Shown here piece after piece: positions 37,998 through 46,913 of a stretch of DNA of 64,000 bases; position 1 is the stretch's first letter; every line of letters begins with the position of its first letter. The DNA comes from a virus: positions 336,902 through 400,901 of IMG/VR virus record IMGVR_UViG_3300045988_181003, one strand, 5' to 3'. The position numbers and the translations under genes were made by a program. The notes beneath the pieces are model-generated. The model searched no databases. It was not told the origin of the DNA and saw only the letters and a program-made list of their open reading frames with translations.

Positions 37998-39007
37998 TTT
38001 TTAAAATATTTATTTAATAATTCTTTTATCTTGAATAATTTGATTGAGTAGGGTATTTCTATTAATTTAATATTATTATTTGAACAAAATACTCTAACTT
38101 CATTATCCCTTTCTTGTTGTAATCTAAACTTTTCTTCCCCTCCGAAATATTCTACTGATTGATAATGTTGTTTTCCATTATATTCAATAAAATAAGTTTG
38201 ATCAGAAAATTTTATCATAAAATCTATAAATACAGAATTAGATTCTCTAGATTGAAAAATCTCATTTTTTATTTTATATTGAGATATAAAATCAATATTA
38301 TTATTTTTTAAGTACATTTCAATCTCTTTTTCGCCCTTAGAAAACTTACAACAAGGACAACCTCTAGTATGAGTAATAATATTATTGTATGATGTAAAAT
38401 ATTCTCCGTGCTTTGAGCAATTTCTTTTTAGATAGGTTTTAATTGACCCAATTGGATTATCAATTTCTATAAAATGACCTTTTTCTTTTTTATATAATTT
38501 GTTTTCAACAGAAGAATCTAATTCTGTTGTATTATTTATAATAGATTCCTTTGTAAGGATGGGTTTATTGCATGATGGACATCCTCTTCCTCCTAAAATA
38601 TGATCATAAGATGTAAAATAATCTCCATGTTTAGGACATATTCTTTTTAAAAATATATCATTCGCTGTAATGATATCCTTATCAGAAATTTCTTCAAAAC
38701 CATCTTTTGATTTCTTATAAAATTTATTTTCTATTGTAGAGTCTACTTCTTTCACTCTTTTTAATATTTCTGATCTTGATAATCTTCGCAAATCTGTTGA
38801 ACATTTAGGGCACAAAGATTTTCTATGATAAAATGAATCATATCTAACTTCCCAACATGAGTCATGTATTGGACAATATATTAATAATTTGGTTTTTCCT
38901 CCATCAAATTTAATTATCTTTTTGAAAACATATTCCCTTAAGAAACAATCTTCTTCAATATTTTTAATTATTATATCTTCAGTTAATTTTTTCAACTTTG
39001 AACTCAT
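37994..39007 (-). CDS. putative endonuclease: tandem Cys4 zinc-ribbon modules plus C-terminal Vsr/DUF559-like nuclease-fold domain (homing-endonuclease-like)
   Basis: three repeats of C..C...KHGEYFTSY....GCP.C; C-terminal FIDF...IEYNGKQHY...RD...K...GIKLIEIPY resembles PD-(D/E)xK Vsr-like core. Confidence 0.4.
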   Translation of the reverse strand: MSSKLKKLTEDIIIKNIEEDCFLREYVFKKIIKFDGGKTKLLIYCPIHDSCWEVRYDSFYHRKSLCPKCSTDLRRLSRSEILKRVKEVDSTIENKFYKKSKDGFEEISDKDIITANDIFLKRICPKHGDYFTSYDHILGGRGCPSCNKPILTKESIINNTTELDSSVENKLYKKEKGHFIEIDNPIGSIKTYLKRNCSKHGEYFTSYNNIITHTRGCPCCKFSKGEKEIEMYLKNNNIDFISQYKIKNEIFQSRESNSVFIDFMIKFSDQTYFIEYNGKQHYQSVEYFGGEEKFRLQQERDNEVRVFCSNNNIKLIEIPYSIKLFKIKELLNKYFKK

Positions 39008-39022
39008 AATTTTAGATATTTA

Positions 39023-39523
39023 TTATATTTCTATTTCTTCTAGTAAATTTTCAAAACTCCATGGCGGCAACCCAATATCTAAGTGTTCTTTTAGGAATAC
39101 TCTGATACCCTTAGTTCCAATCTCACAAATATCTAAAAGTTTTACCAATGATTCTGACTCACCAGAATATGTTAATTTATTTTGAATAAATCTGACAAAT
39201 ATCACAAATTCTTTTATAAATTTATCATATTCATTAATTCCTTCAGTCTCTAAATTTATCAAATGACTCAATCTATTTCCCTCAATTATATCAAATGAGA
39301 CAAACATTCTGAAATATTCATTAGGGATTATTATTTTGTCTGAACAATATAGATAATTAATAGTTGTTTCTGAACCATAATCTCTAAGTAGTATATATGG
39401 CCCTAAGTATAGATCTTTTAATTTATTCGTCGGTGACTCTAGATTTAAAGTGGAATAATTTAAAGATAAATATTCATATAAAATCTGAGCATATTGACCT
39501 TTAATCTTTTCCATGGCTTTCAA
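39023..39523 (-). CDS. hypothetical protein
   Basis: 166-codon ORF. Confidence 0.4.
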   Translation of the reverse strand: MKAMEKIKGQYAQILYEYLSLNYSTLNLESPTNKLKDLYLGPYILLRDYGSETTINYLYCSDKIIIPNEYFRMFVSFDIIEGNRLSHLINLETEGINEYDKFIKEFVIFVRFIQNKLTYSGESESLVKLLDICEIGTKGIRVFLKEHLDIGLPPWSFENLLEEIEI

Positions 39524-39800
39524 CTAATTTAAATAAAACTGCTAATACTATACCACTCAAGATAATAGTATTATTATCCTTAAATTCCATATATCCAGAT
39601 TTATCACACATACTTCGAAAATCAATTATCTTTTTAAAACTGTCTATATCGAAATCTAACCAGAAGGTTATCTTCAGGATAGGTATTGATCCAGTTCGAC
39701 CAGAGACAAAAATTACTGATTGTGGTGATATATCTTTACTATCTAGATAATTTTCTACTTTTTTCTGAATACATAATTCATCAGGGAGTAACGGAACCAT
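39501..39800 (-). CDS. hypothetical protein
   Basis: 99-codon ORF. Confidence 0.35.
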   Translation of the reverse strand: MVPLLPDELCIQKKVENYLDSKDISPQSVIFVSGRTGSIPILKITFWLDFDIDSFKKIIDFRSMCDKSGYMEFKDNNTIILSGIVLAVLFKLVESHGKD

Positions 39801-39804
39801 AACT

Positions 39805-40242
39805 TCATAGTATTAATTCAATTACTTTGTTCTCTAGGATACCTGATTGATTAATTATATCAGATAGAATACTTCTGTGACATTCTAACCTATCTGAACC
39901 ATATCCCATTAATACTGCACCGGATGCTCTAGAAACATCACATAAGAAACTAATTCTTCTGAGGATTGTGTCAAAGTTAATCTCTGACATTTCTAAAAGA
40001 AATTTCTTTTCAAATTCATCTCGATCTATTCTTCCAGATTTCCAATCCCTAAGTAATATTGGTGAAGGTGATAATTCTTTGAAGTGTATCGAAGTTCCAT
40101 TCCATTTTCCAATTAGTCCAGAATTGCTAATATTTCTTGCTATAAATATAGGCAATAAATCATGATTTGGAAATTCTTGAATAGTATGAGGAGTCACGAA
40201 TGATGTCCTTAAAATTAATTTGTGATAATTTGATTTTTCCAT
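39805..40242 (-). CDS. hypothetical protein
   Basis: 145-codon ORF. Confidence 0.4.
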   Translation of the reverse strand: MEKSNYHKLILRTSFVTPHTIQEFPNHDLLPIFIARNISNSGLIGKWNGTSIHFKELSPSPILLRDWKSGRIDRDEFEKKFLLEMSEINFDTILRRISFLCDVSRASGAVLMGYGSDRLECHRSILSDIINQSGILENKVIELIL

Positions 40243-40327
40243 ATTACATACAAAAAGAAAAACAAAATAAGAAGTATACTCCTATAGCGTTTAAACTACT
40301 TTTGAGTTATTTCTTATTTTGCAATTT

Positions 40328-40804
40328 TTAATATTTTTTATTTTTCAGTCCACCTAATCCACTTGAACCAAATTTTCCACTTGATTTTCCAAAGCTGCCC
40401 ATTGTTCCAGAAAAGCTACCTTTACTAAAATTTTTGCTACCCTTCGAGAAATCAGATGTCTTCTGAGAGGGATTATTTTTTACTGTATTTGATAGTGTCC
40501 CACCAGTAGACAATCCAAATTTATTAGATGAATTTTTAAATTCTGACTGACTAGATCTCAGTCTTTTTAAGAGATTAACATTAGATTCTACCATAGCTCT
40601 CATTGTATAAGAGTCCATATGATAATCGATATCTTCTGATCGAAGTATATCAGAATCTTCCTGAATTAATCCCTGTGATTTTAAAAAGATATCTAGATTT
40701 ACTATTCCTTCGGTTAAATTAGTAGACACCAAAATAGTATCTGTTGAAGGTTCATAAATTTTATATTCTTTCTTAATAGGATCATAATTTATTACTATAT
40801 CCAT
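40328..40804 (-). CDS. hypothetical protein with Gly/Ser/Lys-rich C-terminal tail
   Basis: 158-codon ORF. Confidence 0.4.
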   Translation of the reverse strand: MDIVINYDPIKKEYKIYEPSTDTILVSTNLTEGIVNLDIFLKSQGLIQEDSDILRSEDIDYHMDSYTMRAMVESNVNLLKRLRSSQSEFKNSSNKFGLSTGGTLSNTVKNNPSQKTSDFSKGSKNFSKGSFSGTMGSFGKSSGKFGSSGLGGLKNKKY

Positions 40805-40806
40805 AA

Positions 40807-41229
40807 TTATTTAGCCACTAGTATTCCTAATATAATTCCAACTATTCCACCACCAATACCCCAACCGACTTTCCTGATCTTTTCTTTCTTGATAGATTTT
40901 TCTAATCCATCGATTCGATCCTCTTGAAAATCAATCACTCTTAAGTATCTAGATACAATAGAATCCTTTATTTCATATTTCTTAGTTAAAATAGATATAA
41001 CAGAATCTTTTTGCAGAACTAGTGAATCTAGCAGAATATTCTCTTTACTAGTATATTCTTTATCAACTATAATTGAATTAATAGTCTTAAGTTGACCTTG
41101 AGATATAGTAACCATAGTATCTCCCTCAAGTTCTATTATCTCTTGTCCATATGAATATAATGGAATAAAAAATAATAAAACTAAGAGAGCAATGAGATTA
41201 TTTATCTTTATATAATTCTTCATATTCAC
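40807..41229 (-). CDS. secreted/membrane-anchored protein
   Basis: N-terminal signal-like helix and C-terminal glycine-zipper TM (VGWGIGGGIVGIILGILVA). Confidence 0.4.
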   Translation of the reverse strand: MNMKNYIKINNLIALLVLLFFIPLYSYGQEIIELEGDTMVTISQGQLKTINSIIVDKEYTSKENILLDSLVLQKDSVISILTKKYEIKDSIVSRYLRVIDFQEDRIDGLEKSIKKEKIRKVGWGIGGGIVGIILGILVAK

Positions 41230-41560
41230 TTAGTTTTTGTTTTAAAAATTCTACACCTGAAGTAGTAGGTAATCTCCTGACTGCTTCAATTTTTTCTATT
41301 TTTTCAGTTTTCACTTTATCTCTTAGGATTAAGAGAGAGTCTATTATAGACTCCCTAAAAATTAATTTCTTATTTAAGGAGTCTATAATAGCTTCATGTT
41401 TTTGTATGTCAATCCTAAGAGTTTCTATACTATCTCTTAACTCTTGATCTTTATTGGTTAATTTAGATCGTATTCCTATAATTCCATTGCATATCATACA
41501 AATCCCTGAAATCAGAAAGAGTATAGAGATAATAATAGTAGTCTTATAATTCTGTGACAT
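41198..41560 (-). CDS. membrane-anchored coiled-coil protein
   Basis: N-terminal TM helix then heptad-rich segment. Confidence 0.35.
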   Translation of the reverse strand: MSQNYKTTIIISILFLISGICMICNGIIGIRSKLTNKDQELRDSIETLRIDIQKHEAIIDSLNKKLIFRESIIDSLLILRDKVKTEKIEKIEAVRRLPTTSGVEFLKQKLSEYEELYKDK

Positions 41561-42140
41561 ATATTCCTATCCTATATTCAGATCCATCAGTTTCGGATCT
41601 TTGGTAATTTACTTTCTTATGAAATATTCTATATTCACCTTCGGGGGTTTCTTGGATCATATGATCTTTCCATCCGACAGGGTTAGAATTTAGTTTATCG
41701 ATAAGTTCTGATAATTTTGATATCTTAGGACAGTAATCATATAATGATGTTACATCTGTTTCTCCTGAAGATGTCATTTTCTCTTTCATTCTTTTCAATA
41801 AATCTTTAGCAGTTTCTTCATCCATACAAAAATCTGGAAAATCTGCCATGTTATATTGTACTATATCTGATTCTTTCTTTGGTACAATATAATTCAAGAA
41901 CTGTCCTGCTATTTTCTGTGACTTTATCTCAGCCAATCTAGCGCTTAATCCTGAAGATTTAGATAATACATCTCGAATATCTTGCAATACTCTTAACGAA
42001 GTTGTAATTCCTAAACTAACAAAAACACCGAGAGGTTTGATAAAAGTTTCACCATCAGAACTATTTATATAAAAAGTTTTAAAAGGAGGCTGGTAGAATA
42101 CCTCCACCAGCTCATGTATTGTTTCTTTATTAATAGCCAT
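41544..42140 (-). CDS. hypothetical protein
   Basis: 198-codon ORF. Confidence 0.4.
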   Translation of the reverse strand: MAINKETIHELVEVFYQPPFKTFYINSSDGETFIKPLGVFVSLGITTSLRVLQDIRDVLSKSSGLSARLAEIKSQKIAGQFLNYIVPKKESDIVQYNMADFPDFCMDEETAKDLLKRMKEKMTSSGETDVTSLYDYCPKISKLSELIDKLNSNPVGWKDHMIQETPEGEYRIFHKKVNYQRSETDGSEYRIGIYVTEL

Positions 42141-43821
42141 TATTTTGAGTAAAATCTTTTACTTTAAAATTTGTAAATTTCTGATTATAATGACAAGATC
42201 CATAATTGAATCCATACATAGTATAACCAGTCATTTTTTCTTCTACTTCATGCCATTCTTCTAGATAATCTTCAAAATCGGAGATTAATATTAGAATAGC
42301 ACTTTCATCATAATTTTCTTTAAAGTATCGTATACCTTGAGCCATTCTAGTACCACCACCCATAGAAATTCTTGGGACTGGTTTTTTAGGATCTATATCT
42401 TTGATATGTTCACCTAATCTAGTTGACCATGAGATTATATTATACTTCAGACCATTCTGAACTTTCTTCATTTTCCTAGAAATCGTATTCAAGATTCTAT
42501 CGACTAGTCTGGTATCCATAGATCCAGAAATATCGATTAAGAATACAATTGTCGGATCAGTTGAAGCTGAAATTTTATGTCGATAAGTTGGTGCGATAAC
42601 TGTTCGATTTATCCCACGATTATAGTTATATACTAAATCTTTTTTGTAAGTTCTTTTAATAACTTTACTTTTAAAATTAAATATAACTTCATCGATTGCC
42701 ATGTCGATTGTATCAGTTTTTTCAACTATTCTACTGGCTCCTGGTCCACCACCTGAACCACAACCAACTCCACCTTGTGAGCGAATTTGACCTAGTTCAC
42801 GTTTCTTATCAGCATCATCTCTAGAGTCAGTACCATGATCTCTTCCTGCACCTCCTCCTTCTGAAGGATCAGTCTGATCTGTTCCGTCTCCTCCACGTTT
42901 TCCTTTATATGGAGAATCTTTGGATTCTTTATCTCCAGACCCAGATCCATTACCAGGTTTCATTCCAAGATCTGACATTAGATCATCTAGTGATTGCATA
43001 CCGTCTCCGTTGCCTGAACCATCACCTAACATATCTGATACGTCTTGACCAGATACCCCAGATGTATCACCATTACCACCTTGCTTAATGTTCACTAACA
43101 TCTTAATAAACTGATCAAGATTTTTAACGATTAACATTAAGTACTCGGGGTAACTTAATTCATCGGGGAAAGGAGTTCCATCCTTAAAATGATATCTGAC
43201 TGGTAAGATTAATTTAATCTTTGCCTCAGCGGACATTTTATCAATCTGATCTTGAATCTGCTTTTTAGCTTCTTCATCTGTAGTATTGTCCTGGATGTAT
43301 TTCAAGTACTCAGTTTGATAGTCTGGTAGTTTACTAGATATATCAGCTTCCATTTCTTCAATGTCTTCTGTACTAAGAACTTTGGAATTAACTTCCATAT
43401 CCATAGCAATATTATGAAGACTATGATTGAGATAAGGATCATCGATAATTCTTTCTAGGAGTTTATCAGCGAAATCTATTCCACATTCTTTATTGATATA
43501 ATCGATCATTTCACCTCGATTATTCTGAACCGTATCAACAATTCTACCGTCTAATTCTTCATGAATACCATCAAGATGACCTAGATAAATATGACCATAC
43601 TCATGCATCATAATTCTAAAGTCAGTTCTTTCGATACCCATCGGTGCACAGACTATTTTGTATATAGTCGTAGTATCACCTTTATACTTGAAACAATAAC
43701 CCAATTCAGGATTATCTGGATTGAATTTCTTCGTCAGATTTACCTGAAGTGAGTTACGGAATCTTGTATAAGAAAAATCTACAAAGTTTTTTATATCTTC
43801 TAGATGTTTCTTAGTTCTCAT
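42130..43821 (-). CDS. vWA-domain protein with N-terminal HExxH metallopeptidase-like module (MoxR partner)
   Basis: MHEYGHIYLGH zinc-binding motif; long G/S/D-rich disordered linker; C-terminal MIDAS motif DISGSMD of von Willebrand A domain; directly downstream of MoxR-like ATPase. Confidence 0.6.
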   Translation of the reverse strand: MRTKKHLEDIKNFVDFSYTRFRNSLQVNLTKKFNPDNPELGYCFKYKGDTTTIYKIVCAPMGIERTDFRIMMHEYGHIYLGHLDGIHEELDGRIVDTVQNNRGEMIDYINKECGIDFADKLLERIIDDPYLNHSLHNIAMDMEVNSKVLSTEDIEEMEADISSKLPDYQTEYLKYIQDNTTDEEAKKQIQDQIDKMSAEAKIKLILPVRYHFKDGTPFPDELSYPEYLMLIVKNLDQFIKMLVNIKQGGNGDTSGVSGQDVSDMLGDGSGNGDGMQSLDDLMSDLGMKPGNGSGSGDKESKDSPYKGKRGGDGTDQTDPSEGGGAGRDHGTDSRDDADKKRELGQIRSQGGVGCGSGGGPGASRIVEKTDTIDMAIDEVIFNFKSKVIKRTYKKDLVYNYNRGINRTVIAPTYRHKISASTDPTIVFLIDISGSMDTRLVDRILNTISRKMKKVQNGLKYNIISWSTRLGEHIKDIDPKKPVPRISMGGGTRMAQGIRYFKENYDESAILILISDFEDYLEEWHEVEEKMTGYTMYGFNYGSCHYNQKFTNFKVKDFTQNNGY

Positions 43822-43823
43822 AA

Positions 43824-45344
43824 TTATTTTACATAATCAGTATGAAGTTCCGGAATAATTGATACAGCAGCTGGTGCTTCAACAGACATCAATCTAATAA
43901 GAGATTTCAATTTAAATGAATCTTTCTTAATATCTTCGATAGTTTTGTTGATGGTTGCTTTGGTTGAATCTTTATAGTTTCTACCAGAATCTTGCACCAG
44001 AGTACCAATATTCTTCAAAAGATCAGCCAATGAGTTCCAACGAGTTACATAACCCGCCAAAGCTTCTGGCGCTACTTTATCAGTCAATTTATCAGATGAA
44101 GTAATTTTGATCTTAGTAGTATCCTTAGAATTATATACAATAATTCCACAAAGTTTTTCGATAATCTCTGAATCAATCGGTCTGTCGATATCTTTCAATT
44201 CAACGTCTGATTTCAATTCAGTTACTTTATTGTTTACTACATTTATTTCTTCTGGAGTCAATGAAGTTTTATCTTTAGCACCTACTATAGTATTAAAGAA
44301 ATTTTCATATTCCGGCAGTTTTGTATTCTTCATCTTATCGATATCAGCCACAACTGAGCACATAGAATCATAATAATCCTTAGTTACGATAGTTGTCACT
44401 ACTTCTCTATTTTTGCCTCGACTCAAACCGATACCACAAAGACCTTCAATCATATTACGATAGTTGTCAGAAACAATTCCGTTCTTACCGAAACATTTCC
44501 AGGCAGCTATTGAAACATCACGAAGATAATTCAAAGTACGCATAGTTACGAAACCTTTCAGAGTTGCATCGTTATCAGTTTCAGTATAGATACCCTGCAT
44601 ATCAGTTACCTTCAAGTCAACTACTCTTTCGCCAGTAGTCATCAGAAGTTTAGTAGTTTCATAAACCCCACGTTCAATATACTCAGAAATTTTATTCTTA
44701 GTATCAGGATCCATTGGTTTTTCTTGTGAATCCATAGCTTTCAATTGCGCTGTCTTAGCGGTCATGAAATCCACCATATTACCAGCTATTGCTCCTTCAT
44801 ATCGACACAAGAATGACTTAACATCCTCTTTTTCTGGTACAATATTAAAGATACAAAAACGATTCATCAAGGGCGGAATAAGTCCAAACGTATTACCCAG
44901 TGACTGTGAATAGTTACCAGCTGATACAATTAGAGTATCCTCCGGAATATTTTCATCTCCTACCTTTCTTTCGAAAATTAGATGAAGTAGAGCACTTTGA
45001 ACATGTTCTGGACAAGTTGTGATTTCATCCAAAAATAATAGCGTTCTTTTACCGTTCGCTGCATTTTCCAATACTTTATTATACCAAGACGGTCTAAGAT
45101 GAATTGTACTCTTAGAACCCGGTGTAGTATCGACGACGTCATATCCCATGACTTCACTCTCAGAGGTACTATTACCACGAAGTACTTCAAGTTCATATCC
45201 GCGAATTTTCGCAAACATATCAACTGAAGTTGACTTACCCATACCCGGAGCGCTCATAAACAAGAACGGTACTCTACTTTCTTCACTTACTTTTAACGCA
45301 TAAAAAATTTGCGCGTTAATGTCATTGTTTTTACTTTTTGCCAT
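43824..45344 (-). CDS. MoxR-family AAA+ ATPase
   Basis: Walker A SAPGMGKST, Walker B/sensor LLFLDEITTCPEHVQSALLHLIFERK typical of MoxR/CbbQ-type AAA+. Confidence 0.6.
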   Translation of the reverse strand: MAKSKNNDINAQIFYALKVSEESRVPFLFMSAPGMGKSTSVDMFAKIRGYELEVLRGNSTSESEVMGYDVVDTTPGSKSTIHLRPSWYNKVLENAANGKRTLLFLDEITTCPEHVQSALLHLIFERKVGDENIPEDTLIVSAGNYSQSLGNTFGLIPPLMNRFCIFNIVPEKEDVKSFLCRYEGAIAGNMVDFMTAKTAQLKAMDSQEKPMDPDTKNKISEYIERGVYETTKLLMTTGERVVDLKVTDMQGIYTETDNDATLKGFVTMRTLNYLRDVSIAAWKCFGKNGIVSDNYRNMIEGLCGIGLSRGKNREVVTTIVTKDYYDSMCSVVADIDKMKNTKLPEYENFFNTIVGAKDKTSLTPEEINVVNNKVTELKSDVELKDIDRPIDSEIIEKLCGIIVYNSKDTTKIKITSSDKLTDKVAPEALAGYVTRWNSLADLLKNIGTLVQDSGRNYKDSTKATINKTIEDIKKDSFKLKSLIRLMSVEAPAAVSIIPELHTDYVK

Positions 45345-45402
45345 TTTTAAAATTTTGTTTTAATTTTAATTTAAGTGTGAGGACTTCCTCACTGCTCAAT
45401 TG

Positions 45403-45439
45403 TTAGGGTTTGAGGCGGCTCAAGGAGAGTTTTAATTTC
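45403..45439. promoter_or_regulatory. conserved intergenic element, copy A (TTAGGGTTTGAGG + short hairpin + TTTTAATTTC)
   Basis: near-identical to 49888-49928; small stem ttgag/ctcaa with different loop in each copy (compensatory). Confidence 0.4.
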
Positions 45440-45973
45440 TTATGGACGGACAAATACGTTGGTTTGATTTAGAACGTATAGAGTCCTAAGATGATCATAA
45501 TCTGGACAACATGTTTCTTTGAAAAATCCTAAGAATTTCATAACAGATAGTGCTCGTCTAGTTAATAGTACTTTTCCACTGAGTAACCAATCTTTTTCTT
45601 CCCTCAATTGATGAATGAGATCAGGGAGATCAGATAAGTAATAATTAATCAAGTTTTCTTTATTAAAGCAAAGTGCTAAACCTTTGAAATCTATAAAACT
45701 AATCGACCTGTCTCCACTTATCTTGAGAATTAAATTTAAAATCTCAAGGTAATACTCAGCTGATATATACTCTGGAATCTTTTTTGAGTCTAGTATTAGT
45801 AATGCTGTATCAGGTTCTCCTTGTTTATTCTGATTGTCATAGATGTATAAATTTAGGTTGTTTTCTAAGAAACTGGCTATAGTTTGGTAACTACATGGTG
45901 TTATTATGTAACTTCCAGTGGGATCTGATGTTAACCCCTCCGGAACTTTATATAAATACATTGTTTCTGTCAT
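45440..45973 (-). CDS. hypothetical protein
   Basis: 177-codon ORF. Confidence 0.4.
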   Translation of the reverse strand: MTETMYLYKVPEGLTSDPTGSYIITPCSYQTIASFLENNLNLYIYDNQNKQGEPDTALLILDSKKIPEYISAEYYLEILNLILKISGDRSISFIDFKGLALCFNKENLINYYLSDLPDLIHQLREEKDWLLSGKVLLTRRALSVMKFLGFFKETCCPDYDHLRTLYVLNQTNVFVRP

Positions 45974-45977
45974 TATG

Positions 45978-46913
45978 CTATTTTATTTGTATTATTTCTA
46001 AACCTTCTAATCTCTTATCAAGTACTGGTATTGCACATCTTTTAACCTCATAATACTCTTCTATATCTTTTGCTTTGGGAGTTTTTGAGATATTAAGTTT
46101 TTTATAAATAATCCCTAATCTCTCTTTAATTTCTTTAAGGGTATATCTTTGGGAGATCTGAAATTCGCTAATAATTACACTCTTGATGTCCCCAGATCTT
46201 CGATAATTATTATATTCTTTCACTAGGTTACTTCTCTGATATCCCAAAGACTTGCTTTTTTCTGGCCCAATAACATAGTAATAATTTATATATTCTTGGG
46301 AAATTTTCTTAGAAACATAATTTAAAATCTCTTGTGGTAACCTACTTTCGCACAGATACTTGTATGCTTCCCTGAAATCGTATGTTTTTTTAGAAAATTC
46401 AATAAGAAAATCATTAGCTTTATCCTGAGTTTCATCTAGAGGATAAATTTTCTTAATATAACTATCCCACTTATAGTCTAATTCTTCCCAATCTATGATA
46501 TTCAAATTATCATAATTTTCAGAGTAAAGTCTCTCTAAGATCTTGTGATCTACAGTTTCTTTCTTAGGAAGAGATTCTCCAAAAATGTCTACTCGAGAAT
46601 TCCAAATATTCTGATATACTTCTTCATAAGGAACCATAAAATTATCTATAATTTCTTGTGACCAATAAAACCACTCTGATAGTTTATGATATTTATATTT
46701 TCTAAAATATACTTGAAGAGCTCTTTCATCCATTAAGGTCCCCTCTCTGATTAATAAAAATCCAGGAATAATACCTGATGTTATGTAAGTGGATTCTCTT
46801 CTTTTATTTTCTATATTATTTGTATATCCTATTTTTAGAATATATACAATACTATTTTGAATCTTATTTAGATCTGATTTGTCAAAATCTATTCCAACAG
46901 TTAAATATATCAT
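45978..46913 (-). CDS. hypothetical protein, possible GIY-YIG/T5orf172-like N-terminus; C-terminal module shared with next gene
   Basis: VYILKIGYTNN...R...E pattern; C-terminal SQRYTLKEIKERL..SKTPKAKDIEEYYEVK approx. 60% identical to C-terminus of 654-aa neighbour. Confidence 0.35.
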   Translation of the reverse strand: MIYLTVGIDFDKSDLNKIQNSIVYILKIGYTNNIENKRRESTYITSGIIPGFLLIREGTLMDERALQVYFRKYKYHKLSEWFYWSQEIIDNFMVPYEEVYQNIWNSRVDIFGESLPKKETVDHKILERLYSENYDNLNIIDWEELDYKWDSYIKKIYPLDETQDKANDFLIEFSKKTYDFREAYKYLCESRLPQEILNYVSKKISQEYINYYYVIGPEKSKSLGYQRSNLVKEYNNYRRSGDIKSVIISEFQISQRYTLKEIKERLGIIYKKLNISKTPKAKDIEEYYEVKRCAIPVLDKRLEGLEIIQIK

